NCBI GenBank assembly: GCA_046485285.1
Contig: JAWOHE010000051.1
Span: 1-31,420, forward strand
DNA: 31,420 nt
Source of the DNA: a bacterium
Lineage (GTDB): Bacteria > Hydrothermota > Tepidihabitantia > Tepidihabitantales > Tepidihabitantaceae
Direction of reading: 5' to 3'
Both the position numbers and the translations under genes were made by a program. The notes below the pieces were generated by a model. It worked only from the letters and a program-made list of their open reading frames with translations, did no database searches and was not told the DNA's origin. Below are positions 1-6,837 of the stretch, piece by piece (position 1 is the stretch's first letter; each line of letters starts with the position of its first letter).

Positions 1-1198
1 CTGGGCCAGCCGGCTGGAGCAGACCGACGGCGTGACGATCTGCCTCCTGGGCGCTGACCTTGCCCAACTCGAAGTCGCCCGCGAGATGATACGGCACGTC
101 CAGGAGCAGCGCCGGGTGCTGGCGGCAAGCGCAAAGGCGCTCAGGGAATCCGAGGCAAAGACCGCTAATCTCATCCGGTTCACCGCCAGGAATGCCTTGA
201 CCGCCGGCCGGTTGGAGCGGCAGGTGGGGCGGCTCCGCGGGGAACTGGAAGGGCAATTCCGAATGGTCGGCGACTCGCGGGCAATTCAGCACGTGCGGGA
301 CCTCATCGACCGCGTCGCCCCGACTGCCGCCAGCGTCCTCATCACCGGTGAGAGCGGCGCGGGCAAGGAGCTGGTGGCCCGGGCAGTGCACCTGCGGAGC
401 CCGCGCGCCGGCGAGGCCTTCGTCGCACTGAACTGCGCGGCGATTCCCGGGGAGCTTATCGAGAGCGAGCTTTTCGGCCACGAAAAAGGCGCGTTCACCG
501 GCGCGGAATCGGCCCGGATGGGCAAGCTCCAGGAGGCCGATGGCGGGACCCTGTTCCTGGACGAGATCGGTGACCTCAGCCTGTCGGCGCAGGCGAAGCT
601 GCTGCGCTTCATGAACGATTCCGAGATCCATCGCGTCGGCGGCAACGCCGTCATCCACCTCGACGTCAGGGTCGTCGCCGCGACCAACAAGAACCTCCCG
701 GAGCTGGTCCAGGAGGACCGCTACCGGAAGGACCTCTACCACCGCCTGAACGTCGTGACCATCAACGTTCCGCCGCTCCGCGAGCGGGCCGCGGACATCG
801 AACTCATCACCGCGTTCTTTCTTGACCGGCTCTGCGCAAACTACGGGCGGATCGTCAGTCTCACCCCCGAAAGCCTGCTCGTGCTGAAGGCGTACAGCTG
901 GCCCGGCAACGTCCGCGAACTGCGGAATCTCATCGAGCGCGTGGTCATCATGGCGGAGACGAACCCGGTCGAGGCCGAGGAACTGCGCTCGTTTCTGGGC
1001 GCCGAGGCCAAGGTCCCGACGGACGGGACCCTCAAGATTGCCATCGAGCGCGCGGAGCGCGAGGCGGTCGAGCGGGTGCTGGTGCAGACCGACGGCAACG
1101 TCACCGAGGCGGCCGCGATCCTGGGCGTCGTCAGGCCCAGCCTGTACCGGATAATGAAGCGCTACGGAATCGCGACTCAGACCCGGACCCACAACTAA
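1..1198 (+). CDS. Sigma-54-dependent transcriptional activator (NtrC/bEBP family AAA+ with Fis-type HTH), 5' end outside window
   Basis: Walker A GESGAGKE, ESELFGHEKGAFTGA loop, Walker B TLFLDEI, YRKDLYHRLNV, WPGNVREL and C-terminal HTH GNVTEAAAILGVVRPSLYRIMKRYG. The frame is open back to the window edge, so the GTG at 32 is probably not the real start. Confidence 0.95.
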   Translation, partial: WASRLEQTDGVTICLLGADLAQLEVAREMIRHVQEQRRVLAASAKALRESEAKTANLIRFTARNALTAGRLERQVGRLRGELEGQFRMVGDSRAIQHVRDLIDRVAPTAASVLITGESGAGKELVARAVHLRSPRAGEAFVALNCAAIPGELIESELFGHEKGAFTGAESARMGKLQEADGGTLFLDEIGDLSLSAQAKLLRFMNDSEIHRVGGNAVIHLDVRVVAATNKNLPELVQEDRYRKDLYHRLNVVTINVPPLRERAADIELITAFFLDRLCANYGRIVSLTPESLLVLKAYSWPGNVRELRNLIERVVIMAETNPVEAEELRSFLGAEAKVPTDGTLKIAIERAEREAVERVLVQTDGNVTEAAAILGVVRPSLYRIMKRYGIATQTRTHN

Positions 1199-1220
1199 CC
1201 CCAAGAGCAGCGCCGGTTCC

Positions 1221-1284
1221 TGTCTCTCCCGGGAGAACGGCTGACTCCCGGGAGAGACAAAGTCAGTCCCCTGTCTCTCCCGGG
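1221..1284. promoter_or_regulatory. Putative upstream activator sites (TGTCTC-N6-GAGACA-like) for promoter 1
   Basis: TGTCTCTCCCGGGAGAAC (1221-1238), TGACTCCCGGGAGAGACA (1242-1259) and partial TGTCTCTCCCGGG (1272-1284). The first two start 21 bp apart, about 130-170 bp upstream of a -24/-12 element. Confidence 0.7.
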
Positions 1285-1390
1285 CGCGGCCGGTGCGCCG
1301 CGTCCTTCCCCGGCCCGCAGGTGCGTGTTGACGCGCCGCTTGCCCTGACCCGGGCCGCGACAGTCTGTCTCAATGCGTCCCGCCCGCCTT

Positions 1391-1406
1391 TGGCACGCCC
1401 GGTGCA
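1391..1406 (+). promoter_or_regulatory. Sigma-54 (-24/-12) promoter 1
   Basis: TGGCACGCCCGGTGCA: GG at 1392-93, exactly 10 nt, then GC at 1404-05. Lies upstream of the CDS at 1511 (RBS AAGGAG). Confidence 0.8.
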
Positions 1407-1510
1407 TTAGCCTGTTCAAGCGGTGCGTGGAACCCCGCCCTCGCCCGGTCCGCGCACCACGGTAATCGACTCAGGCAAGGTCATGCCTGAGAGAAGTAAG
1501 GAGAAGCGCA

Positions 1511-2248
1511 ATGTACCTGAGACGCATCGCACCACTGCCGATGGCAGTGGCACTGCTCGGACTGCTCGTCGGGTGCGGTCAGAACCACGACCCGGTCATC
1601 ACCTCCCTGACCGCAACGCCCGACGCCACCGTTCGGCCGCTTGAGACCGTCCTGCTCGCTGTGAGCGCCACGGACGAGGACTCCGATTCCCTGGCCTTCA
1701 CGTGGAACGCCACGGTCGGGACACTATCGGCCACGACCGGCGAGACCGTCACCTGGACCGCACCCGACGGCGCCGCAACCGGCACCGTTACCGTGGCCTG
1801 CAGTGACGGCCAGGGCGGCACGGACGCGGCCAGCAAGGACGTCAGCTCCCGGGCCTGGAACCGCTCCGCCATGGACGGCGAGACCCCTGATTCGACCTAC
1901 CTGCTCAACCCCGGCACGACCGAGGCAACGTTCGTGTTCGAGCTCGACGGCGACCCGTTCCCGGCCGGTTCCATCGTTGACTCGGTCTTTATCACGACCG
2001 ACTTCGAGCCGACCGAGCAGCTCCAGCACGAGCAGTTCAACGTATGGGTCGTCTCCCCGTCCGGGACCCAGAAGCTGATCTATGACGGCTACGACCTGAT
2101 TTTGCTGGACGTGTACGACCTGAGGCTCACCCCCACCTTCGCCGGCGAGCCGGCCGAGGGCGCCTGGAAGCTCCGCGTCACGAGGGTGAACCAGGGAGTT
2201 GAAGGCTTCTTCGCTGCGTGTGACCTCGAGGTCTTCTATCACTACTAG
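1511..2248 (+). CDS. Lipoprotein with Ig/PKD-like domain and C-terminal proprotein-convertase P-domain-like module
   Basis: Lipobox LLVGC; NHDPVITSL...DEDSDSLAFTW...VACSDGQGG Ig-like pattern; VVSPSGT...FAGEPAEGAWKLRV resembles P-domain signatures. Confidence 0.75.
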   Translation: MYLRRIAPLPMAVALLGLLVGCGQNHDPVITSLTATPDATVRPLETVLLAVSATDEDSDSLAFTWNATVGTLSATTGETVTWTAPDGAATGTVTVACSDGQGGTDAASKDVSSRAWNRSAMDGETPDSTYLLNPGTTEATFVFELDGDPFPAGSIVDSVFITTDFEPTEQLQHEQFNVWVVSPSGTQKLIYDGYDLILLDVYDLRLTPTFAGEPAEGAWKLRVTRVNQGVEGFFAACDLEVFYHY

Positions 2249-2356
2249 CCGGCGCTTTGTCCCGCGGCTCGAGGGATGGGAGATGACTCGAATGGAGCGC
2301 GAGGTCGAAGGGCCGAAGCGCCAACCGAAGGACCGGAGAACGCCAGGAGAAACAGT

Positions 2357-2536
2357 ATGAAATCGAGTACGCGTGACGAAGCGGAAGGCAGGGTTCACAA
2401 CGTGCGGGGCAGTATCAAGGAAGCCGTGGGGAAGGTCATCGGCAACCGCAAGCTGAGACGCAAGGGCAAGGCCGAGAAGCGGGCCGGCAAGGCGCAGGCG
2501 AAGGTCGGCCAGGTGAAAAGGGTCCTGGGAAGGTAG
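2357..2536 (+). CDS. csbD: CsbD-family stress protein
   Basis: MKSSTRDEAEGRVHNVRGSIKEAVGKVIGNRKL..KGKAEKRAGKAQAKVGQVK is a typical CsbD pattern. RBS CAGGAG lies before the ATG at 2357. Confidence 0.9.
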   Translation: MKSSTRDEAEGRVHNVRGSIKEAVGKVIGNRKLRRKGKAEKRAGKAQAKVGQVKRVLGR

Positions 2537-2542
2537 GAAGCC

Positions 2543-3451
2543 TTGTTGTACCTGGCCGGAGCGGTGCTGACGGTCTTCTGGGTCGCGCTCGCCGGCTGGC
2601 TCTTCTACCGGGCAATCCGTTCCCGGCTCGGCGTGGCCGGCAATATCCTGCTGTTCACCAGCCTGCTCGTTCTGGGCTTCACTGCTGTCCATGGACTCGT
2701 CCTGCTCAACCCCGGCCCCCCGCTGCGGATTCTGTGGTGGGCACTGTTGGTCGGCAGCGTTGTCGCGCTCGCCCACGCCGTGCTCAGGATCTTGCCGTTT
2801 CCGACGCCGTCGTGGCTGGCGGCCCTGCTTGGGGATCCACTCTGGCGCCTTCCGACGCTTCCGGTCACCGTCATCAGCCGCACGGGCCTCCGGCCCGGGA
2901 TGCTGGTGGTGGAGGTCGGAGCCGGCTCCGGACGGCTCTCGGTCGAGGTGGCAAGGCGGCTTCTGCCCGGCGGGAGGCTGATTTGCATCGATATTCAGCC
3001 GGAGATGATACGGGCCATCACGACGAGAGCCGCCGATTCCGGCATCGACAACATCGAGACCCACGTTGCACTCGCCGAGCGACTCCCGGCAGGCATCGCC
3101 GGCGCGGACCTGGTCCTGTTCGTGGCGACAATCGGCGAGGTGAAGGACAAGCAGTCGGCGCTGGCCGAGGCGCTCCGCGTGCTCAAGCCCGGCGGCGTGC
3201 TGTCGGTAAGCGAGTTCACCAGTGACCCCCGCCACTGCCCGAAGGACGAGGTGAAACGCCTTGCGAAGCAGGCAGGGTTCGAGGAGCTGATGACACAGAA
3301 CGACGCGTTCGGCTTCACCGCCAACTTCTCCAAGCCGCGGGGCGCGGCCGACGCGCTGCCGTCCGCCGGACCGGGAAGCTACGTCGAGGAACCCCCACCC
3401 GTTGCCGGGCACCCGGTCGAATCTCCGGCCAGAGACAATCTGTCTCCCTGA
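2543..3451 (+). CDS. Class I SAM-dependent methyltransferase with N-terminal transmembrane segments
   Basis: Motif I VVEVGAGSG, ICIDIQPEM and RVLKPGG; about three hydrophobic helices at the N-terminus; TTG start after AGGAAG. Confidence 0.85.
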   Translation: MLYLAGAVLTVFWVALAGWLFYRAIRSRLGVAGNILLFTSLLVLGFTAVHGLVLLNPGPPLRILWWALLVGSVVALAHAVLRILPFPTPSWLAALLGDPLWRLPTLPVTVISRTGLRPGMLVVEVGAGSGRLSVEVARRLLPGGRLICIDIQPEMIRAITTRAADSGIDNIETHVALAERLPAGIAGADLVLFVATIGEVKDKQSALAEALRVLKPGGVLSVSEFTSDPRHCPKDEVKRLAKQAGFEELMTQNDAFGFTANFSKPRGAADALPSAGPGSYVEEPPPVAGHPVESPARDNLSP

Positions 3452-3458
3452 GGATACA
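3420..3458. promoter_or_regulatory. Putative upstream activator sites for promoter 2
   Basis: AATCTCCGGCCAGAGACA (3420-3437) and TGTCTCCCTGAGGATACA (3441-3458), again starting 21 bp apart. Confidence 0.65.
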
Positions 3459-3543
3459 ATGGCGCCGCAGCAATGGTACCTGCCGCACGGTCCGCGCCGG
3501 GCGATACCGGCGGCCGGGTGCTACGACCGCGGCGAGACGGCCC

Positions 3544-3559
3544 TGGCACGCGATGTGCG
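3544..3559 (+). promoter_or_regulatory. Sigma-54 (-24/-12) promoter 2
   Basis: TGGCACGCGATGTGCG with GG-N10-GC spacing. Confidence 0.75.
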
Positions 3560-3569
3560 GGTACCCATA

Positions 3570-3736
3570 CCAAGGGTAGGAACCAGGATTTGCAGCGACA
3601 GCGCGCAGTGTAATCCCCCCGCTGCCTGGTGTCGCGCACGGCGGGATGATGGGCAGACAATCATCCGGACGCCCTCGAGGGGTCGGCGGGAGTCGGTGGC
3701 TCTGCCTCCTTGTCGACTTCATGCCGACCCCTCGGG
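3570..3736 (+). ncRNA. Putative structured RNA/leader, copy 1 (three hairpins, CUGCCUCC loop)
   Basis: Stems GCGACA/TGTCGC (3595/3635), GGATGAT/ATCATCC (3644/3666) and CTCGAGGGGTCGGC/GCCGACCCCTCGGG (3674/3736). Homologous to 4637-4799. Confidence 0.55.
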
Positions 3737-3786
3737 AATTCACACGAGGACCCGAGGACAGCCTACCCGACCCGGCGCGCAGAGCG

Positions 3787-3842
3787 CTGAATTCTGAACT
3801 ATGAACCTTGAACTGCGAGCCTTGAACCACGGACCACGGGCC
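3787..3842. repeat. Degenerate 7-bp tandem repeat (8 units)
   Basis: ctgaatt ctgaact atgaacc ttgaact gcgagcc ttgaacc acggacc acgggcc. Confidence 0.7.
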
Positions 3843-3857
3843 CGGCCGCAAGAGGAG

Positions 3858-4109
3858 ATGAAGATGCCGAATACTGCAAGTCGGACCAGAGACGAGGAAC
3901 GCCCCGGCAGCGATGTGGCCGGACAGATGGCCGCGCCCGCCGGCGCGCCGGGCCGGACAGCCGCGCTCCGCCGCCGCGCGTCACCGCAGTTGAATCAGAA
4001 CCCCGAGGGCGGAACCCCCGGTACGGCCCCGGCTGGCGGGTCGCGCTTGACGCGAGCGCCCGCGCGGCACTACTGGCTGGTTCCGGTCGACCGTGACCGC
4101 CTGCCGTGA
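3858..4109 (+). CDS. Small hypothetical protein (low complexity)
   Basis: AAGAGGAG RBS next to ATGs at 3858/3864, downstream of promoter 2; no recognisable domain. Confidence 0.35.
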   Translation: MKMPNTASRTRDEERPGSDVAGQMAAPAGAPGRTAALRRRASPQLNQNPEGGTPGTAPAGGSRLTRAPARHYWLVPVDRDRLP

Positions 4110-4443
4110 CGAGACCGGGACCACTCGGCAAGGGAAGCCGGCCTCGAGGGCGCGCCGGGTCCCCGACGCCTCGCCCGAGTCCGGGTTCCTCTCGCAGGGC
4201 GACCCGGCCGTGAAGTCCAGGGGCCGAAGGCGCACCGCAGGGAAGCAGGCGGGCGAGAGGAAGCTCAAGACCGCGGTCGAGCGCGCCGAGCGCGAGGTGG
4301 TCGACAGGGTGCTCAAGCGGGCCGATGGCAATGTTGCCGATGCGGCCGGGGAGTTGGGTATCCTGCGAACCAGCCTCTACCGCATCATGAGGCGTTTCGG
4401 GATTACACCTCAGTCGCGCCGCGGGGACGAGTCATCCAGGTGA
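4093..4443 (+). CDS. Stand-alone Fis-type (HTH_8) DNA-binding protein; start uncertain (alternative GTG at 4210)
   Basis: LKTAVERAEREVVDRVLKRADGNVADAAGELGILRTSLYRIMRRFGI matches the HTH of the 1-1198 activator at 31 of 47 positions (manual count); no AAA+ domain. Confidence 0.75.
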   Translation: MTACRDETGTTRQGKPASRARRVPDASPESGFLSQGDPAVKSRGRRRTAGKQAGERKLKTAVERAEREVVDRVLKRADGNVADAAGELGILRTSLYRIMRRFGITPQSRRGDESSR

Positions 4444-4476
4444 ACAGGCGTTGCACCGGCGTGAACCACCCGGGGG

Positions 4477-4556
4477 TGTCTCCTTGCGGGCACGACCTTT
4501 GCGCCGCGGCGCCGGGCGAGCCTGTTCGTCGGCCCCGGTGTCTCTCTGGGGAAACA
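4477..4556. promoter_or_regulatory. Putative upstream activator sites for promoter 3
   Basis: TGTCTCTCTGGGGAAACA (4539-4556) and a weaker TGTCTCCTTGCGGGCACG (4477-4494). Confidence 0.55.
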
Positions 4557-4610
4557 CGGGTTCGGCGTCGCCGCCAGCCTGTCCTGCAGAGCTCGCCGGG
4601 CGGCTCGGTC

Positions 4611-4626
4611 CGGCACGCTATGTGCA
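4611..4626 (+). promoter_or_regulatory. Sigma-54 (-24/-12) promoter 3
   Basis: CGGCACGCTATGTGCA with GG-N10-GC spacing; closely resembles promoter 2. Confidence 0.75.
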
Positions 4627-4636
4627 TACTACAAGG

Positions 4637-4799
4637 TTAGTGGAAGATGGACGCGACCGGGGAACGACAGCACAACCCACGTGCCACGACGTGCGCTGTC
4701 GCGCAGATGGATGATGGTGCGCAATCATCCATGGGTAACACGGGGTCGGCGGCAGTCGGACAAGCGCACCTGCCTCCCAACCGGCGGCATGCCGACCCC
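4637..4799 (+). ncRNA. Putative structured RNA/leader, copy 2
   Basis: Stems CGACAGC/GCTGTCG (4665/4701), ATGGATGAT/ATCATCCAT (4707/4732) and GGGGTCGGC/GCCGACCCC (4742/4799); CTGCCTCC in the loop at 4770-4777. Confidence 0.55.
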
Positions 4800-4840
4800 A
4801 CCTTTCGACGGGATGACCAAACATCAGTAGGAGACGGGAT

Positions 4841-5338
4841 ATGAAACGCACAGTACTGACCGCGTTCGTGATTGTCGGCCTCTGCACCGGGGTTGCCGAT
4901 GCCCGGCCGCAGGGCTTCGGCCTGGGCCTGATGGGCGGGAACCCTTCCGGGCTCAGCGCCAAGATCTGGACCAGCCGCAACGTCGCGCTCGACGCCGGGC
5001 TGGGATACTCAATGTGGTCCGGGCGGGCGCTGCACTTCCACGGCGACGTGCTCTGGCATACGAACAGCCTGCTCCAGTCGTCGGGCGATGGCTATCTGCC
5101 GCTCTACATCGGCGTCGGCGCCCGCGTCGGGATGTCGGCGGACGACTACCCGGACACGAGGATCGGCATCCGGGTCCCGTTCGGGCTCGAGTACGTGTTC
5201 GCCAGCGTCCCGGTCGGCCTGTTCGTGGAAGTGGTCCCGACATTCGACCTTGCCGGGGTTCCGCCCAGCAAGGGATTCTTCGGCCCGCAGGGGTCAGTCG
5301 GGTTCCGCTACTACTTCAGCGGGTCCGCGCGGGACTAG
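4841..5338 (+). CDS. Small outer-membrane beta-barrel protein (DUF3996-like)
   Basis: Signal peptide; amphipathic strands GFGLGLMGGNPSGLSAKIW, LYIGVGAR, IGIRVPFGLEY, LFVEVVP; terminal GFRYYF. Confidence 0.75.
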   Translation: MKRTVLTAFVIVGLCTGVADARPQGFGLGLMGGNPSGLSAKIWTSRNVALDAGLGYSMWSGRALHFHGDVLWHTNSLLQSSGDGYLPLYIGVGARVGMSADDYPDTRIGIRVPFGLEYVFASVPVGLFVEVVPTFDLAGVPPSKGFFGPQGSVGFRYYFSGSARD

Positions 5339-5388
5339 CGGCGGCAATGACGTCCGCAGGTGAGAGCTCCGGACCGAGAAACCGGGCA

Positions 5389-5547
5389 AACCACCAAGGC
5401 ACAAAGAACCCGGCGGCCACCGGCCGCCGGGAAGCCGCGCCTTCGGCGCGGAGAGAAGGAGAACTCCGGCAGGATTCCGGAACGGACTCCCGGCGCGACG
5501 CGCCGGGGTTCGGACCCCAGAGTCTTCTGTCTTCGTGTCTTGGTGTT
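5389..5547. repeat. Intergenic element bounded by imperfect inverted repeats (CACCAAG.CAC.AAGA)
   Basis: AACCACCAAGGCACAAAGAA (5389-5408) versus TCTTCGTGTCTTGGTGTT (5530-5547); related motifs at 10183 and 30304. Confidence 0.55.
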
Positions 5548-5603
5548 GAATCCGACCCGGAGTCGACAAGTCAAGTTCGAGACAAGGAAAGGCTGGTGAC
5601 GGT

Positions 5604-5753
5604 ATGTTCTGGGCAATAGCGGTCATCCTGTTCATCCTCTGGGCGTTGGGCTTCTTCGCGTTCCACATCGGCACTCCGCTGATTCACGCGCTGATTGTCA
5701 TCGCCGTCATAGTCGTCATCTGGCGACTTGTGACGTCCCGGAGAGCCCGCTGA
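5604..5753 (+). CDS. lmo0937-family (DUF5670-like) small membrane protein, 49 aa
   Basis: Not in ORF track; manual translation MFWAIAVILFILWALGFFAFHIGTPLIHALIVIAVIVVIWRLVTSRRAR. Confidence 0.85.
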   Translation: MFWAIAVILFILWALGFFAFHIGTPLIHALIVIAVIVVIWRLVTSRRAR

Positions 5754-5762
5754 GGGCTGGAC

Positions 5763-5942
5763 GTGAACACGACGCAGAAGAAGGCCGGTACAGGGCTGTT
5801 CTGGGCTGTCGCCATAGTCCTGCTGGTCCTGTGGCTGGCGGGCCTGCTTGCGGGAGTCGGCGGTCCGCTGGTTCACATCCTGCTCGTCATCGCCCTCGTC
5901 CTGATCATCTACCGGCTGGCGAAGGGCAGGAAGATTCCGTGA
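5763..5942 (+). CDS. Second lmo0937-family small membrane protein, 59 aa
   Basis: Not in ORF track; GTG start, MNTTQKKAGTGLFWAVAIVLLVLWLAGLLAGVGGPLVHILLVIALVLIIYRLAKGRKIP. Confidence 0.8.
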   Translation: MNTTQKKAGTGLFWAVAIVLLVLWLAGLLAGVGGPLVHILLVIALVLIIYRLAKGRKIP

Positions 5943-6036
5943 GACGGGAACGAGTTATGAGCAGGAAGGCACACAGCACCCGGAAGCTCCGCAGGGCGAA
6001 GAGAATCTCTTCAGCTACGAACCACAGGAGAAGCAT

Positions 6037-6348
6037 ATGAGCCATATGAAGGACAACCCTGAGAAGCTCGACGAAGCGCTGGCCCATCTGAATGAGGCCG
6101 CCAGGGAGCGACGAGAGGAATTGCGCAAACTGCTTACCGAGAAGTACACCGACCTGTGGTCGGCCCTCGGCGGTGCCGCCCACGCGTCCGCCGACTGGGT
6201 TGGTGAGCAGGGCAAGGAGGTCGGCGCCACGGCCAGGGTGGCCGCCACTACCGTAGACCATTCGGTGCGCAAGCACCCCTGGTACTACGTCGGCGGCGCG
6301 GCGGCTACCGGCCTGCTCATCGGGCTCCTGGCCAGGAGGCGGCGGTAG
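6037..6348 (+). CDS. ElaB/YqjD/DUF883-family tail-anchored membrane protein
   Basis: Helical N-terminus and C-terminal VRKHPWYYVGGAAATGLLIGLLARRRR signature; RBS CAGGAG. Confidence 0.85.
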   Translation: MSHMKDNPEKLDEALAHLNEAARERREELRKLLTEKYTDLWSALGGAAHASADWVGEQGKEVGATARVAATTVDHSVRKHPWYYVGGAAATGLLIGLLARRRR

Positions 6349-6360
6349 CCGATTCAGAGC

Positions 6361-6729
6361 ATGAAGTTTGTCCTCGGAATCCTGTCAGGGTTGTTCGGCC
6401 GCTGGCTCGGCGGCGTCCTGGCCATCCTCAAGACCGAGGCGGCCGCGACCTACGTCGCCGGGGTGCGGAAGGCCCGCCGGGCATTCATCGCCCTGCTGGG
6501 GATGGCCATCTTCCTGTTTCTGGCGCTGATGGGATTCGCGTTCATCCACATTGCGCTCCTCGCGTGGCTGCCCTGGAGCCTGCCGGTCAAGGCGCTAGTG
6601 CTGCTGATTCTCGGGGTGGTCTATCTCAGCGTCGGACTCGCGGTCGTCGGTGTGCTCGGTTCCGACCGGGCCTGGATCAGGTTCACGAAGGTGGACCGCA
6701 TCCTCGCCGGCCTGCCGCACCGGAGATAG
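6361..6729 (+). CDS. YqjE/holin-X-like two-helix membrane protein
   Basis: Two long hydrophobic segments; immediately follows the DUF883 gene, as in yqjD-yqjE arrangements. Confidence 0.6.
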   Translation: MKFVLGILSGLFGRWLGGVLAILKTEAAATYVAGVRKARRAFIALLGMAIFLFLALMGFAFIHIALLAWLPWSLPVKALVLLILGVVYLSVGLAVVGVLGSDRAWIRFTKVDRILAGLPHRR

Positions 6730-6837
6730 CGTGGAGTTGACTGCCCGCAGGCGGGGGCCGCGCAGGGCAAGTGCTAGTCAGTAGTCTGAAATGTCCAGTT
6801 TCGCTCAATAGTCCGCAAAACCTCTAAGGGAGGAAAG

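Noticed and set aside
2270-2352. Cluster of GGA motifs before csbD as CsrA sites
   Set aside because: Several GGAs are present but not clearly in hairpin loops, and the excess over chance is too small to support a call.
6361-6729. Prophage lysis gene
   Set aside because: No endolysin or other phage genes nearby; the position after a DUF883 gene fits the cellular yqjD-yqjE pattern.
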